The translations under genes and the position numbers were made by a program. DNA of 64,000 nucleotides from Candidatus Niyogibacteria bacterium (lineage in GTDB: Bacteria > Patescibacteriota > Minisyncoccia > HO2-45-28). This document shows, in pieces, positions 47,508 through 55,941 of the stretch (within the stretch, counting starts at the first letter, position 1; every line of letters starts with the position of its first letter). The notes beneath the pieces were generated by a model. The model searched no databases. It was not told the origin of the DNA and saw only the letters and a list, made by a program, of their open reading frames with translations. The DNA lies in contig CP066691.1 in NCBI GenBank assembly GCA_016432485.1, positions 516,709 through 580,708 on the forward strand. The letters run 5' to 3'.

Positions 47508-48532
47508 TGCAGAGCGATTATTAAATTAATTAACGCGAAGCCGGCTTCACTCGGCTTAAAGACCAGATTGTCTTTTTGAATTAAAACGCCCGCCGTCAAA
47601 AGCGCGTTTTTGACATTTTTAGATTCATTCAGGTATTGCTGCACGGCGCCAAGTCCGGTTACTGGGTCGGACATAAATTGTGAAAACGCTTTATTTATTT
47701 TCGCGAGATTGTTTAAGGCGTTTAAATATTTTAAATGCGCGGAAATGTAAGTTTGCGGCACCATCAGTTTTGATATTTCAAGTGCCGCGTCTTCGTATGC
47801 CCGGGCGTAAATTTTAAATTCGTCAAACGAATTGAAATTGTCTTCGGAGTTTGACTGCTGGATTAAACGCGTCAGCAAATCCAGTTCATTTTCTTTTATC
47901 TGCCCGCTGTATTTGTCGGATATTTCCGCTAAGCCATTTATATAAGCTTTGGCGTTTTCCGGAGAGGCGCTTGTTACGCGCGCGTTATTGAGCGAGAAAT
48001 CATTTTTGAAAACCGCGGCGGGATTGTCGTTTAAAAGAGCGTCCACGACTTGACTCGCGGTTTCTTTGGGGTCAAGGCCGGCATTTCTTTGCTGGATGTA
48101 CGAGGCAAAAAGGTCTCGGGTTATTCTTTGGGTCGGGTTATAGGGTTCGCCGGCAGGCGCGCCATCGGACATTTGATTTTCGTCATTACTGGACGCGCTT
48201 GACGAATTCAATAAATCATCCGGGCCTTTTTTCAAAGGGTCGCGCCCCAATTTTATTTCTTCTCCGTCGGGCGCTTGGTCGCCGTCGGTGTCAGGATTTA
48301 GCGGGTCAGTACCCCAAAGTTTTTCTTCCCAGTCCTTTAAGCCGTCACCGTCAGAATCCGGAGATTCAATGGCCGTTTTTTCTCCGGAAATCGGCGTTAT
48401 ATTTACTCCGGAAGCCATTTTTTTGACATCGGGTTTTTTGGAAATCCAAAAAGCGCCCGCAGCTATGGCTAGCGCGAGAATTATTGCGAATATTGTTCTT
48501 TTATTTCCTAAAAATGCCAAAATCGCAGGCAA
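47504..48532 (-). CDS. Membrane-anchored protein with DxDxDG calcium-binding (TSP3-like) repeats
   Basis: DSDGDGLKDWEE..GTDP.NPDTDGD. Confidence 0.75.
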   Translation of the reverse strand: MPAILAFLGNKRTIFAIILALAIAAGAFWISKKPDVKKMASGVNITPISGEKTAIESPDSDGDGLKDWEEKLWGTDPLNPDTDGDQAPDGEEIKLGRDPLKKGPDDLLNSSSASSNDENQMSDGAPAGEPYNPTQRITRDLFASYIQQRNAGLDPKETASQVVDALLNDNPAAVFKNDFSLNNARVTSASPENAKAYINGLAEISDKYSGQIKENELDLLTRLIQQSNSEDNFNSFDEFKIYARAYEDAALEISKLMVPQTYISAHLKYLNALNNLAKINKAFSQFMSDPVTGLGAVQQYLNESKNVKNALLTAGVLIQKDNLVFKPSEAGFALINLIIALQ

Positions 48533-48581
48533 TACGCCTTACAATAATTATAGCATTTTACTTTTTCTATTGATTTTTATT

Positions 48582-49445
48582 TTATTTTCTGCTGTGGATA
48601 TCTGTTCTTTTTGTCAGACATGCCCAATTTTTAAGGGAAAGTTCCTCTGCGCGCGCATTCTTGGCTATTTTGCATTTTTTGAAACTTGAGACCTGAAACT
48701 TGAAATTTTTTAAGTTATTTTTTAAAAGCTTGCGCGGGTGGCGGAATCCGGTTTTAACCAGTTTAAAAAATGCTTTTTGGCCGATTTTATGCTGACGAAA
48801 AAAATCAACCCCCCGTTTTTTAAATATAACTACAGCCGAATCAACTTTCGGCTGGGGCCAAAAATTGCCTTTTTTAACCAAAAAGGCAATTTTTGGCTTT
48901 ACGAAAACTTGCACCGAAATAGCCAGCAAGTTCATTTTAAATCCGAACTCGGTTCGGACCCGAACCGAGTTCGGATTTAAACTTGAACATATCCGTTTTG
49001 CTACCTCTTTTTGAAGCATTATTACCAACAACTTTGTCTTAAGCAGACCACGAGATACTTGGGGCAAGATGAGGCGCAGAAGCTGGCCGGTAAGATAATA
49101 AGGGATATTGGCTACAACCTTGTTTATTCCGATTCCGAACTCGGTTCGGATTCGGACGCCGAACCGAGTTCGGAATCGGACAATGTCGCGGATGTCAGCG
49201 TTGAGCAAAACCAGCCGTCCGGCATCTATAAAAACCCTGAATTTAGAAGTCAAAATGTTGAAAAGCTTAATATCTTTTTCAACTGCGATTACCTTCGCGC
49301 CCGTTTTTAAAAGTTCTTCGGTCAAAATTCCCTTACCGGGCCCGATTTCCAAAATAGTATCCTTTGGCCCGACTTCGGCCGCAAGGACCATTTTGCGGGT
49401 GATATTTTTTGAAGTTAGAAAGTTTTGTCCGAGTTTTGTCGGCAT
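48582..49445 (-). CDS. rsmA: 16S rRNA dimethyladenosine transferase RsmA/KsgA, carrying repeat-derived insertions
   Basis: LGQNFL, EIGPGKG, ANIPY, QKEVA, P.PKVDS, RAEELS. Confidence 0.95.
   Translation of the reverse strand: MPTKLGQNFLTSKNITRKMVLAAEVGPKDTILEIGPGKGILTEELLKTGAKVIAVEKDIKLFNILTSKFRVFIDAGRLVLLNADIRDIVRFRTRFGVRIRTEFGIGINKVVANIPYYLTGQLLRLILPQVSRGLLKTKLLVIMLQKEVAKRICSSLNPNSVRVRTEFGFKMNLLAISVQVFVKPKIAFLVKKGNFWPQPKVDSAVVIFKKRGVDFFRQHKIGQKAFFKLVKTGFRHPRKLLKNNLKNFKFQVSSFKKCKIAKNARAEELSLKNWACLTKRTDIHSRK
48679..48706. repeat. Degenerate heptamer repeat (TTGAAAC)4 in rsmA
   Basis: ttgaaac ttgagac ctgaaac ttgaaat; encodes FKFQVSSFK. Confidence 0.75.
48936..48981. repeat. TCCGAAC-TCG-GTTCGGA doublet palindrome in rsmA (copy 1)
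   Basis: 22-bp perfect arms, 2-nt spacer. Confidence 0.9.
49128..49180. repeat. TCCGAAC-TCG-GTTCGGA doublet palindrome in rsmA (copy 2)
   Basis: 22-bp perfect arms, 9-nt spacer. Confidence 0.9.
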
Positions 49446-49446
49446 A

Positions 49447-51396
49447 TTATATTTCTATGATTTTTTCTTCGTCTGCGTTCTCCATCAGTTCTGGTGGAAT
49501 ATCCGAAAGAAAACGGGAGGGCATATTGGCTTGTTTTTCACCGAATATTGTTCTGAAAAAAGCCATTGAAAGAAAAACTTTTTTTCGGGCGCGGGTTAAG
49601 GCGACGTAAAAAAGCCGGCGTTCTTCCTCCAGCCTTAATTTTTCGTCTTCGCTTGCGATGGTAGTGTGGGGAAAAAGTCCGTCTTCAAGCCCGGATATGA
49701 AAACATAATCAAATTCAAGCCCTTTGGCCGCGTGAACCGTAGTCAGAGGAATGCCGTCTTTTCTGCTGCCGATGGCATCCTGGTCGGACATTAAACTTGC
49801 CTCTTCCAGCATATTCATCAGGCCGTCCGGCGGCTTTATTTTATCAAATCTGACGGCAAGACTTACCAATTCTTTGATATTTGCCAAGCGCATAACGCCT
49901 TCTTCGGTTCCGGCAGATTCAAACAGGTCAAGATACCCGCTTTCTTTGAGCGTCGCGGCAACCGCGCGCGACGCCGGAAGATTTTCAGCGGCGGACTTTA
50001 TTTTATTAAGCGTTTTTTCAAAAATTGATATTTTTTCAGCTTCTCCCGATTTCAATCCGACTGCCGCGAAGTATTTGGCAAGGGTTACTTTGCCTATGCC
50101 GCGCGCGGGCTGGTTGATTATTCTTTTTTTGCTCAAAAGATCATTTGAGTTGAGGGAGGCGCGGATATAGGCCAGAATATCTTTTATTTCTTTGCGGTTG
50201 TAAAACTTTACGCCGACCACGTAATGCGGCAGTGTGTATTCCAAAAATTTTTCCTCCAGAACTCTTGATTGGGAGTTGGTGCGGAAAAGCACGGCTATTT
50301 CTTCGGGTTTGGCTCCGCCGGCAATGAGACTTTGGGACTCGGCCGCTACGAAATACGCTTCGTCGTTTTCCGTTTCCGCGGCGTATATTTCCAGTTTTTC
50401 GCCGCCCTTTTTTCTGGTAAAAAGATTTTTTGGCAGACGTTCTTTATTTTTGGCTATCACGGCGTTGGCCGCCTCCAGTATCTGTTCGGTTGAACGGTAA
50501 TTTTCTTCAAGCGTTACGATTTTGGTTTCGGGATAGGTTGCCTCAAATTCCAGGATGTTTCTGAAATCAGCTCCGCGGAAGCCGTATATTGATTGGTCTA
50601 GGTCGCCGACCACGCAGATATTCTTGTGAAGGGCGGCAAGTTGCTGGCTTAAGCGGCTCTGGACATGGTCGGTGTCTTGATATTCGTCTATCAAAATGTA
50701 TTGCCAGAGGGATTGGTATTTGGCAAGAATTTCCGGATGCGATGAAAAAAGAACAACAGTTTTCACCAAAAGATCGTCAAAATCCAGACTGTTTGAAGAT
50801 TTCAATTTTTGCTCGTACAAGCTCCAGATTGAGGCCAATTTTTTTGAAAAATAATTTTCGTCTTCGGACAAAAAATCGTCGGCGTTTGCCAGATCGCATT
50901 TTTTCCCGGAGATTATCTTTCTGATTTTTGATGGCTGGAACTGTTTGGGGTCTATTTCCAGCTCTTTAATTGATTCTTTGATTAAAGATAAAGCATCTTC
51001 TTCATCTATGATTGAAAAATTCTTTTTAAAGCCAAGCGCCGCGGCTTCGCGGGGCGCGGCCTTGCGTCCCGCTTCACGTCTTAAAATCCAGGCGCCAAGA
51101 GAGTGAAAGGTGCCGACCCAAGGAGAAGCGTTTGAATCGTGCGGGCGCGGCGGCTGAACATTTTGAACAAGTTTTGCGATGCGTTCTTTCATTTCGTTTG
51201 CGGCTTTGTTGGTGAATGTTATTGCCAGAATTTTTTCCGGTCGGACGCCGGTCGAGATCAGATGAGATACGCGATGAGTCAGAACTTTGGTTTTGCCCGA
51301 CCCCGCGCCGGCCACAACCAAAATAGGGCCGTTTATATGCAAAACCGCATCAATTTGAGCCGTATTCAGGCCGGAGAGATGACTTGGGTTTGACAT
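49447..51396 (-). CDS. pcrA: UvrD/PcrA ATP-dependent DNA helicase
   Basis: AGAGSGKT, TFTNKAA, DEYQD, GD.DQSIY.FRGA, NYRS, HAAKGLEF, EERRLFYVA.TRA. Confidence 0.95.
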   Translation of the reverse strand: MSNPSHLSGLNTAQIDAVLHINGPILVVAGAGSGKTKVLTHRVSHLISTGVRPEKILAITFTNKAANEMKERIAKLVQNVQPPRPHDSNASPWVGTFHSLGAWILRREAGRKAAPREAAALGFKKNFSIIDEEDALSLIKESIKELEIDPKQFQPSKIRKIISGKKCDLANADDFLSEDENYFSKKLASIWSLYEQKLKSSNSLDFDDLLVKTVVLFSSHPEILAKYQSLWQYILIDEYQDTDHVQSRLSQQLAALHKNICVVGDLDQSIYGFRGADFRNILEFEATYPETKIVTLEENYRSTEQILEAANAVIAKNKERLPKNLFTRKKGGEKLEIYAAETENDEAYFVAAESQSLIAGGAKPEEIAVLFRTNSQSRVLEEKFLEYTLPHYVVGVKFYNRKEIKDILAYIRASLNSNDLLSKKRIINQPARGIGKVTLAKYFAAVGLKSGEAEKISIFEKTLNKIKSAAENLPASRAVAATLKESGYLDLFESAGTEEGVMRLANIKELVSLAVRFDKIKPPDGLMNMLEEASLMSDQDAIGSRKDGIPLTTVHAAKGLEFDYVFISGLEDGLFPHTTIASEDEKLRLEEERRLFYVALTRARKKVFLSMAFFRTIFGEKQANMPSRFLSDIPPELMENADEEKIIEI

Positions 51397-51594
51397 TATA
51401 GAGCGATTTTAGCATTTTTTATGGTTGTGGACAGGGTAGTAGGTCTGCGCGGCGCGACTGCTGCCCTGTGGATAAATATGTTCGCCAGGTTGACTTTCGG
51501 TTGCCGCGGGTATATTATTAAGGATGTTCCGGTATGCGTTACCGGATTTGTTGTTGAAAGGCCGTCTATCTGTTTTTCCCCTTAATTTAAGCCT

Positions 51595-52650
51595 ATTTTA
51601 GAGCCTAATCAAAGGAAAACCTCTTTTAAAATCCCTTCGGGACTCAAGGGCTTTTTAGCCGTTTTAGCCGTCTCGGCTCTATTTTTTACCGGCTTGGACA
51701 GGGCAGATGCCGGTTTTTTTGATGTTTTGAAAAGTATTTTCGGCGCCGGAGACTCTGCCGGACAGACCGCGGCGTTAAATTCCCAGAATATGCCGCTTCT
51801 TATGGCTCCGAATAATACTGACCCTTTGGCCGGAACCGGCGGCGGGGATATTACCATAGTTCAAAACAGCGCCCTACTTTCTGTTTCTGGGCCGTTGGGT
51901 AGTTTGGCTGATGTAGAGGTTGAGTCGCGAAAAAGCGATCAAATTTCCATTTATATCGTCCGCGAGGGAGATAATCTTTCAAGTATTGCTAAAATGTTTG
52001 GCGTTTCAGTCAATACCATTCGGTGGGCCAACGATCTGACAACTTCAACCGTCATAAAGCCCGGGCAGACCTTAATAGTGTTGCCTATAAATAGCATTCA
52101 GCACACGGTGGCTAAAGGTGAAACGCTTAAAGGGATTGTTAAAAAATACGGCGGCGACCTCAATGAGACCCTGGCTTTTAACGAATGGCCGGCCGGTTAT
52201 GAGCCGGAAGTCGGGATGATTGTTATTGTTCCGGACGGGGAAGGCGAGCCATTGGTAAATTACGGCAGCAAGACAGTTCGGGGCACGGGCGGCCCGGTTT
52301 ATGCCGGATATTATATCCGTCCGATAAACGGCGGAAGAATATCCCAGGGTTTGCACGGGCTTAATGCCAAGGATTTCGCGACTTACTGTGGCGCCCCGAT
52401 TTTTGCCTCCGCCCGGGGAACGGTTATCATTGCGCGTTCGGGCGGTTGGTTCAGCGGTTACGGTTCATACGCGGTTATCGCGCATCCGAACGGGACCCAG
52501 ACGCTCTATTCCCATATGAGCAGGATTGCCGTAACACCCGGATGGAATGTGGTTCAGGGACAGGTGATCGGCTATGTGGGTTCTACCGGCAATTCCACGG
52601 GATGCCATGTGCATCTTGAAATCCGGGGAGCCGCGTTTCCCAATATCTAA
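51595..52650 (+). CDS. LysM-domain M23 peptidase; start uncertain (possibly ATT 51595 rather than TTG 51694)
   Basis: Two LysM repeats; HxxxxxD, YSHM, STGCHVH; in-frame signal peptide upstream of 51694. Confidence 0.85.
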   Translation: MLEPNQRKTSFKIPSGLKGFLAVLAVSALFFTGLDRADAGFFDVLKSIFGAGDSAGQTAALNSQNMPLLMAPNNTDPLAGTGGGDITIVQNSALLSVSGPLGSLADVEVESRKSDQISIYIVREGDNLSSIAKMFGVSVNTIRWANDLTTSTVIKPGQTLIVLPINSIQHTVAKGETLKGIVKKYGGDLNETLAFNEWPAGYEPEVGMIVIVPDGEGEPLVNYGSKTVRGTGGPVYAGYYIRPINGGRISQGLHGLNAKDFATYCGAPIFASARGTVIIARSGGWFSGYGSYAVIAHPNGTQTLYSHMSRIAVTPGWNVVQGQVIGYVGSTGNSTGCHVHLEIRGAAFPNI

Positions 52651-52656
52651 CCCATT

Positions 52657-54174
52657 TTAGAAATTGCTTTTTGGCCTATATTGGAGGGCTTCCAGAATAT
52701 GGCTCTGTTTTATTTCGTCCTCGTTTTCAAGGTCGGCTATGGTCCGGCTTATTTTTATCACCCGATGATAAGCTCTTGGCGATAAATCCATTTGTTTAGC
52801 CGAAATATTAAGGATGTTTCTGGCATCGGGCGATAGGGGCGCGAAATTTTCAAGGTTGCGCACCCCCAGTTCGCTATTGGAAACTAGGCCCAGCTTTTTG
52901 AATCTGCGCTTCTGGCGGTCGCGCGCGGCGATTACTTTTTTACGTATATCAGCCGATGTTTCCAGCGCGTCTTTTTTTGAAAGTTCTTCATGGTCAATGT
53001 TAGAAACCTCCATCCAGAGATCAATACGGTCGGCTATGGGTCCGGAAACCTTTCTTTGATAGCGGAAAAGCGAAGAGGGGGTGCAAAGACACATTTTGTT
53101 TTTGGAGCCGAGATTTCCGCAGGGGCACGGGTTCATTGCCGCGACCAGCATGAATCTGGCAGGAAACCTAACAGTGCCCCTGGAGCGGGCAACGGTTATT
53201 ATTCCGTCTTCAAGCGGTTGGCGAAGCGATTCAATGACTCGGCGTTCAAACTCGGGAAACTCGTCGCAAAACAGCACTCCGCGATGGGCCAGCGTTATTT
53301 CGCCCGGTCTTGGCCACACGCCCCCGCCGACCATAGCGACATAAGACGCGGTATGATGGGGAGACCTGAAGGGCCTGTATCTGGCAAAAGAGCCGTCAAG
53401 AGAGCCGGCAATGCTGTGGATGGCGGTCACTTCAAGCGCCTCTTCTTTTGAAAGGGGAGGAAGAATTGACGGCAGAGCTTTAGCCAGAAGGGTCTTGCCG
53501 GTTCCGGGCGGACCCGACATTAAAATATTATGGTTGCCGGAGGCGGCAATCATTAAGGCCCGTTTTGCGGTTTCTTGGCCCCGTATGTCCGATAGGTCGT
53601 GGCTCGCCGCCTCTGTTTGCGGCGAAAGTTTTGTTTTGGGCAGGATTTCAAGCGCGGTTTCTCCTTTAAGATGCAGAAGAACTTGATTCAGATTTTCGAC
53701 TTCCCGCGCGGATATGTTTTCAATTAAGGCCGCCTCTTCTCCGTTGCCTTTGGGCACATATATTTCTTTAAAGCCCGCTAAAGACGCTTTTTGCGCAAGC
53801 GCCAGAACTCCTTTAATCGGACGCAATGTTCCGTCTAAAGCCAATTCGCCCAAAAATATTTTATCTTTTGTTTCAAATTCGGCTTGATGTGAAGCCAGAA
53901 TATATCCAAGAGCGATGGCCAAATCAAAAGCCGACCCCTCTTTTTTAAGGTCAGCCGGCGCGAGTGACACGATCACTTTTTGGTTTTGTTTGTGCGGGGG
54001 CTTGAGCCCGATATTTTTAATGGCGTAAGATATTCTTTCTTTGGCTTCATCCACGGCTTTATCCGCAAGCCCGACAATGGTAAAAGACCGCAAACCCTTT
54101 GAATAATCAACTTCAACGTCAATTATTTCGCCGTCAAGTCCCATTATTTCGGCCGCGTGCAATTTTACCGACAT
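52657..54174 (-). CDS. comM: ComM/YifB Mg-chelatase-like AAA+ ATPase
   Basis: IVGLAD, LAPADLKK, GELALDG, GPPGTGKT, PFRSPHH, AMNPCPCG. Confidence 0.9.
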   Translation of the reverse strand: MSVKLHAAEIMGLDGEIIDVEVDYSKGLRSFTIVGLADKAVDEAKERISYAIKNIGLKPPHKQNQKVIVSLAPADLKKEGSAFDLAIALGYILASHQAEFETKDKIFLGELALDGTLRPIKGVLALAQKASLAGFKEIYVPKGNGEEAALIENISAREVENLNQVLLHLKGETALEILPKTKLSPQTEAASHDLSDIRGQETAKRALMIAASGNHNILMSGPPGTGKTLLAKALPSILPPLSKEEALEVTAIHSIAGSLDGSFARYRPFRSPHHTASYVAMVGGGVWPRPGEITLAHRGVLFCDEFPEFERRVIESLRQPLEDGIITVARSRGTVRFPARFMLVAAMNPCPCGNLGSKNKMCLCTPSSLFRYQRKVSGPIADRIDLWMEVSNIDHEELSKKDALETSADIRKKVIAARDRQKRRFKKLGLVSNSELGVRNLENFAPLSPDARNILNISAKQMDLSPRAYHRVIKISRTIADLENEDEIKQSHILEALQYRPKSNF

Positions 54175-54213
54175 AATGGCTAGATTCTAGCGCATCTTTA
54201 ATAAAAAGAAAAT

Positions 54214-54243
54214 CCCACCCTCTCCCCGAAAGGAGAAGGTGGG
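54214..54243 (-). terminator. Intrinsic terminator of the small-gene cassette
   Basis: cccacc.tctcc/ggaga.ggtggg followed by a T-rich tail on the minus strand. Confidence 0.7.
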
Positions 54244-54260
54244 CGGCTTGCCCGTGTTGT

Positions 54261-54467
54261 TCAACGCTTCTTGAGGTCCTCCAGGGTCTTGACGATTTTG
54301 TCGGTGGCCTCTTTGATCTCGTCGATGAAGGGTTGGAACACAAGGGCCATCATGATGATGAAGAGGCCGAAGAACGCCACCGCCAGGAAAACCCCGATTG
54401 AGTTGCTGGCGACCGACGCGAAAAAGGTGGAGACAGTGAGACAGACAGCGGCCAGAGGTAGCCTCAT
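54261..54467 (-). CDS. 68-aa two-TM small membrane protein (orphan cassette)
   Basis: AAGGAG SD, GC-rich third positions, own promoter and terminator. Confidence 0.7.
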   Translation of the reverse strand: MRLPLAAVCLTVSTFFASVASNSIGVFLAVAFFGLFIIMMALVFQPFIDEIKEATDKIVKTLEDLKKR

Positions 54468-54556
54468 GTGAATTCTCCTTTTCTGTTGGGGGTTTCAGAA
54501 GCGCCTGCTTCATAGTCCTGAAGCAGGAAAACACCTGTTTTTAACTTACTCCCTTC

Positions 54557-54585
54557 ATTATATCAAATAAGAATATGCTTGTCAA
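54557..54585 (-). promoter_or_regulatory. Perfect sigma70 promoter TTGACA-17-TATAAT
   Basis: Exact consensus. Confidence 0.8.
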
Positions 54586-54618
54586 TACCTTCGTAATGGT
54601 TCAACAGTGTGTAAAATT

Positions 54619-54981
54619 CTATTTCCCGGCGTGCTCCACGCAGGTTTTTGCCGCGGGGTTGGCTTCAAGGCGCCTTGGGTCAATAGGTTTTTGGTCGATC
54701 GCGCAAAGGCCGTAGGTCCCCTTTTCAATACGCTCAAGCGCAGAATTTATTTCATTGAGTCTTGTCTCCAGTTCAACTTCGCGCGCGGCGCGATTTCCCA
54801 TTTCTTCAAACAAGTCGGCCATTTCGCTTTGCTCTGACGCCTGGGTATTTAAATCCGGCGGAGTCGGCTGCCAATCCTTGGGGTTGTCCGGCGATATTTT
54901 GGCAATAGTCTGGAGCTCGCCTTCCACACGCAGGCGTTCTTCGTCAAGTTTTTTTCTGAAATAATTTAGGTCTAAAGACAT
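54619..54981 (-). CDS. TraR/DksA family zinc-finger protein
   Basis: AL.RI..GTYG.C....PI...RL.A.P.A..C. Confidence 0.9.
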   Translation of the reverse strand: MSLDLNYFRKKLDEERLRVEGELQTIAKISPDNPKDWQPTPPDLNTQASEQSEMADLFEEMGNRAAREVELETRLNEINSALERIEKGTYGLCAIDQKPIDPRRLEANPAAKTCVEHAGK

Positions 54982-55029
54982 GTTTGCATATTAGCATTAT
55001 TTTTTATCTGCCCAAACTGTCCGACTCCA

Positions 55030-55067
55030 AGTCCGAACCGAGTTCGGATCCGAACTCGGTTCGGACT
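55030..55067. repeat. TCCGAAC doublet, perfect 38-bp palindrome (copy 3, mostly intergenic)
   Basis: agtccgaaccgagttcgga-tccgaactcggttcggact. Confidence 0.9.
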
Positions 55068-55932
55068 ATTGCGGGGGCAGGGTGCTCATTATTCTGATAA
55101 TCGCTCCGACGGCTTGTTCTGATTGGGCGATTATGAGAAATTGTTTATTGAATATGGAATATCCGATTATGGGTTTTCCGGTGCGGTTTCGCAGAAAACG
55201 AGCGTCGTTATTTTCCACGACCGAATCCAGAAAGACGTTTTCTCCGCGATCGTACGACAAATCCGGTTTAAGAAGTTTCGCGAAGTCCGCGGTCATTTTT
55301 TCTTCCCATTGAAGCAGGCCGGCGAAAGCCGAAGAATACAAATTGATTTCAATTATAAAAACGGGTTCGTTCCCCAAAGCAGTGTCTATGATTCCGAAAG
55401 TTGAACGCGGCCCCATTCCGTTTTCAAATAAAGGCGGCGGCGTAATTTCGACCAGATTAAAAATATCTTTCGCGTCCAAAAATTCATTTTGGCTCTGGTC
55501 AAAAGTTTTCACATAAATAAATTCTCGCGGCCGAAGCTGGGAGTCCAGAAATTTCTGCCATAAATCCAAAAATGTTTTTTGGTTCCGCGTTTCCAGCTCT
55601 ATGGCAACTTCGCGGTCCGCGCGGATTATGGGCGGCGGGGATTCTGCCGCCGTCCCCGCGCTGGGCCCCTGAATTGTTCTTTTGAGCCAAAATGCCCCGA
55701 AAGCCGCGACAATTATTATAAGCAAAGCGATAAAAACATAAATGGCCGGCCTTATCTTTGACATTGGAGATTCAAATGCGGCCGCGGTTTTTCTTTCCTG
55801 CTTCGCGCTGACGAGTTCACCCAGGGAGAATTTTTTTCCGCTGGCATATTCCCGGACGTCCGAAATCATGGTTCTTATGCCGGGCTTTTTAGGCTCGTTT
55901 TTTTCAGGAACATTTTGACTGCCGCCGTTCAT
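55066..55932 (-). CDS. Single-TM hypothetical protein
   Basis: IRTM.SD N-terminus, one TM, AFAGLL.WE, F.D....N.D.R. Confidence 0.75.
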   Translation of the reverse strand: MNGGSQNVPEKNEPKKPGIRTMISDVREYASGKKFSLGELVSAKQERKTAAAFESPMSKIRPAIYVFIALLIIIVAAFGAFWLKRTIQGPSAGTAAESPPPIIRADREVAIELETRNQKTFLDLWQKFLDSQLRPREFIYVKTFDQSQNEFLDAKDIFNLVEITPPPLFENGMGPRSTFGIIDTALGNEPVFIIEINLYSSAFAGLLQWEEKMTADFAKLLKPDLSYDRGENVFLDSVVENNDARFLRNRTGKPIIGYSIFNKQFLIIAQSEQAVGAIIRIMSTLPPQ

Positions 55933-55941
55933 TTTTATTTT

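Noticed and set aside
37528-48532. Integrative conjugative element
   Set aside because: No integrase, relaxase or att repeats, and the genes are contiguous with core pcrA-rsmA
51033-51160. Additional palindromic insertions in pcrA (AGRKAAPRE, QPPRPHDSNASP)
   Set aside because: Only weak hairpin potential and no second copy in the window; cannot be told apart from ordinary loop variation
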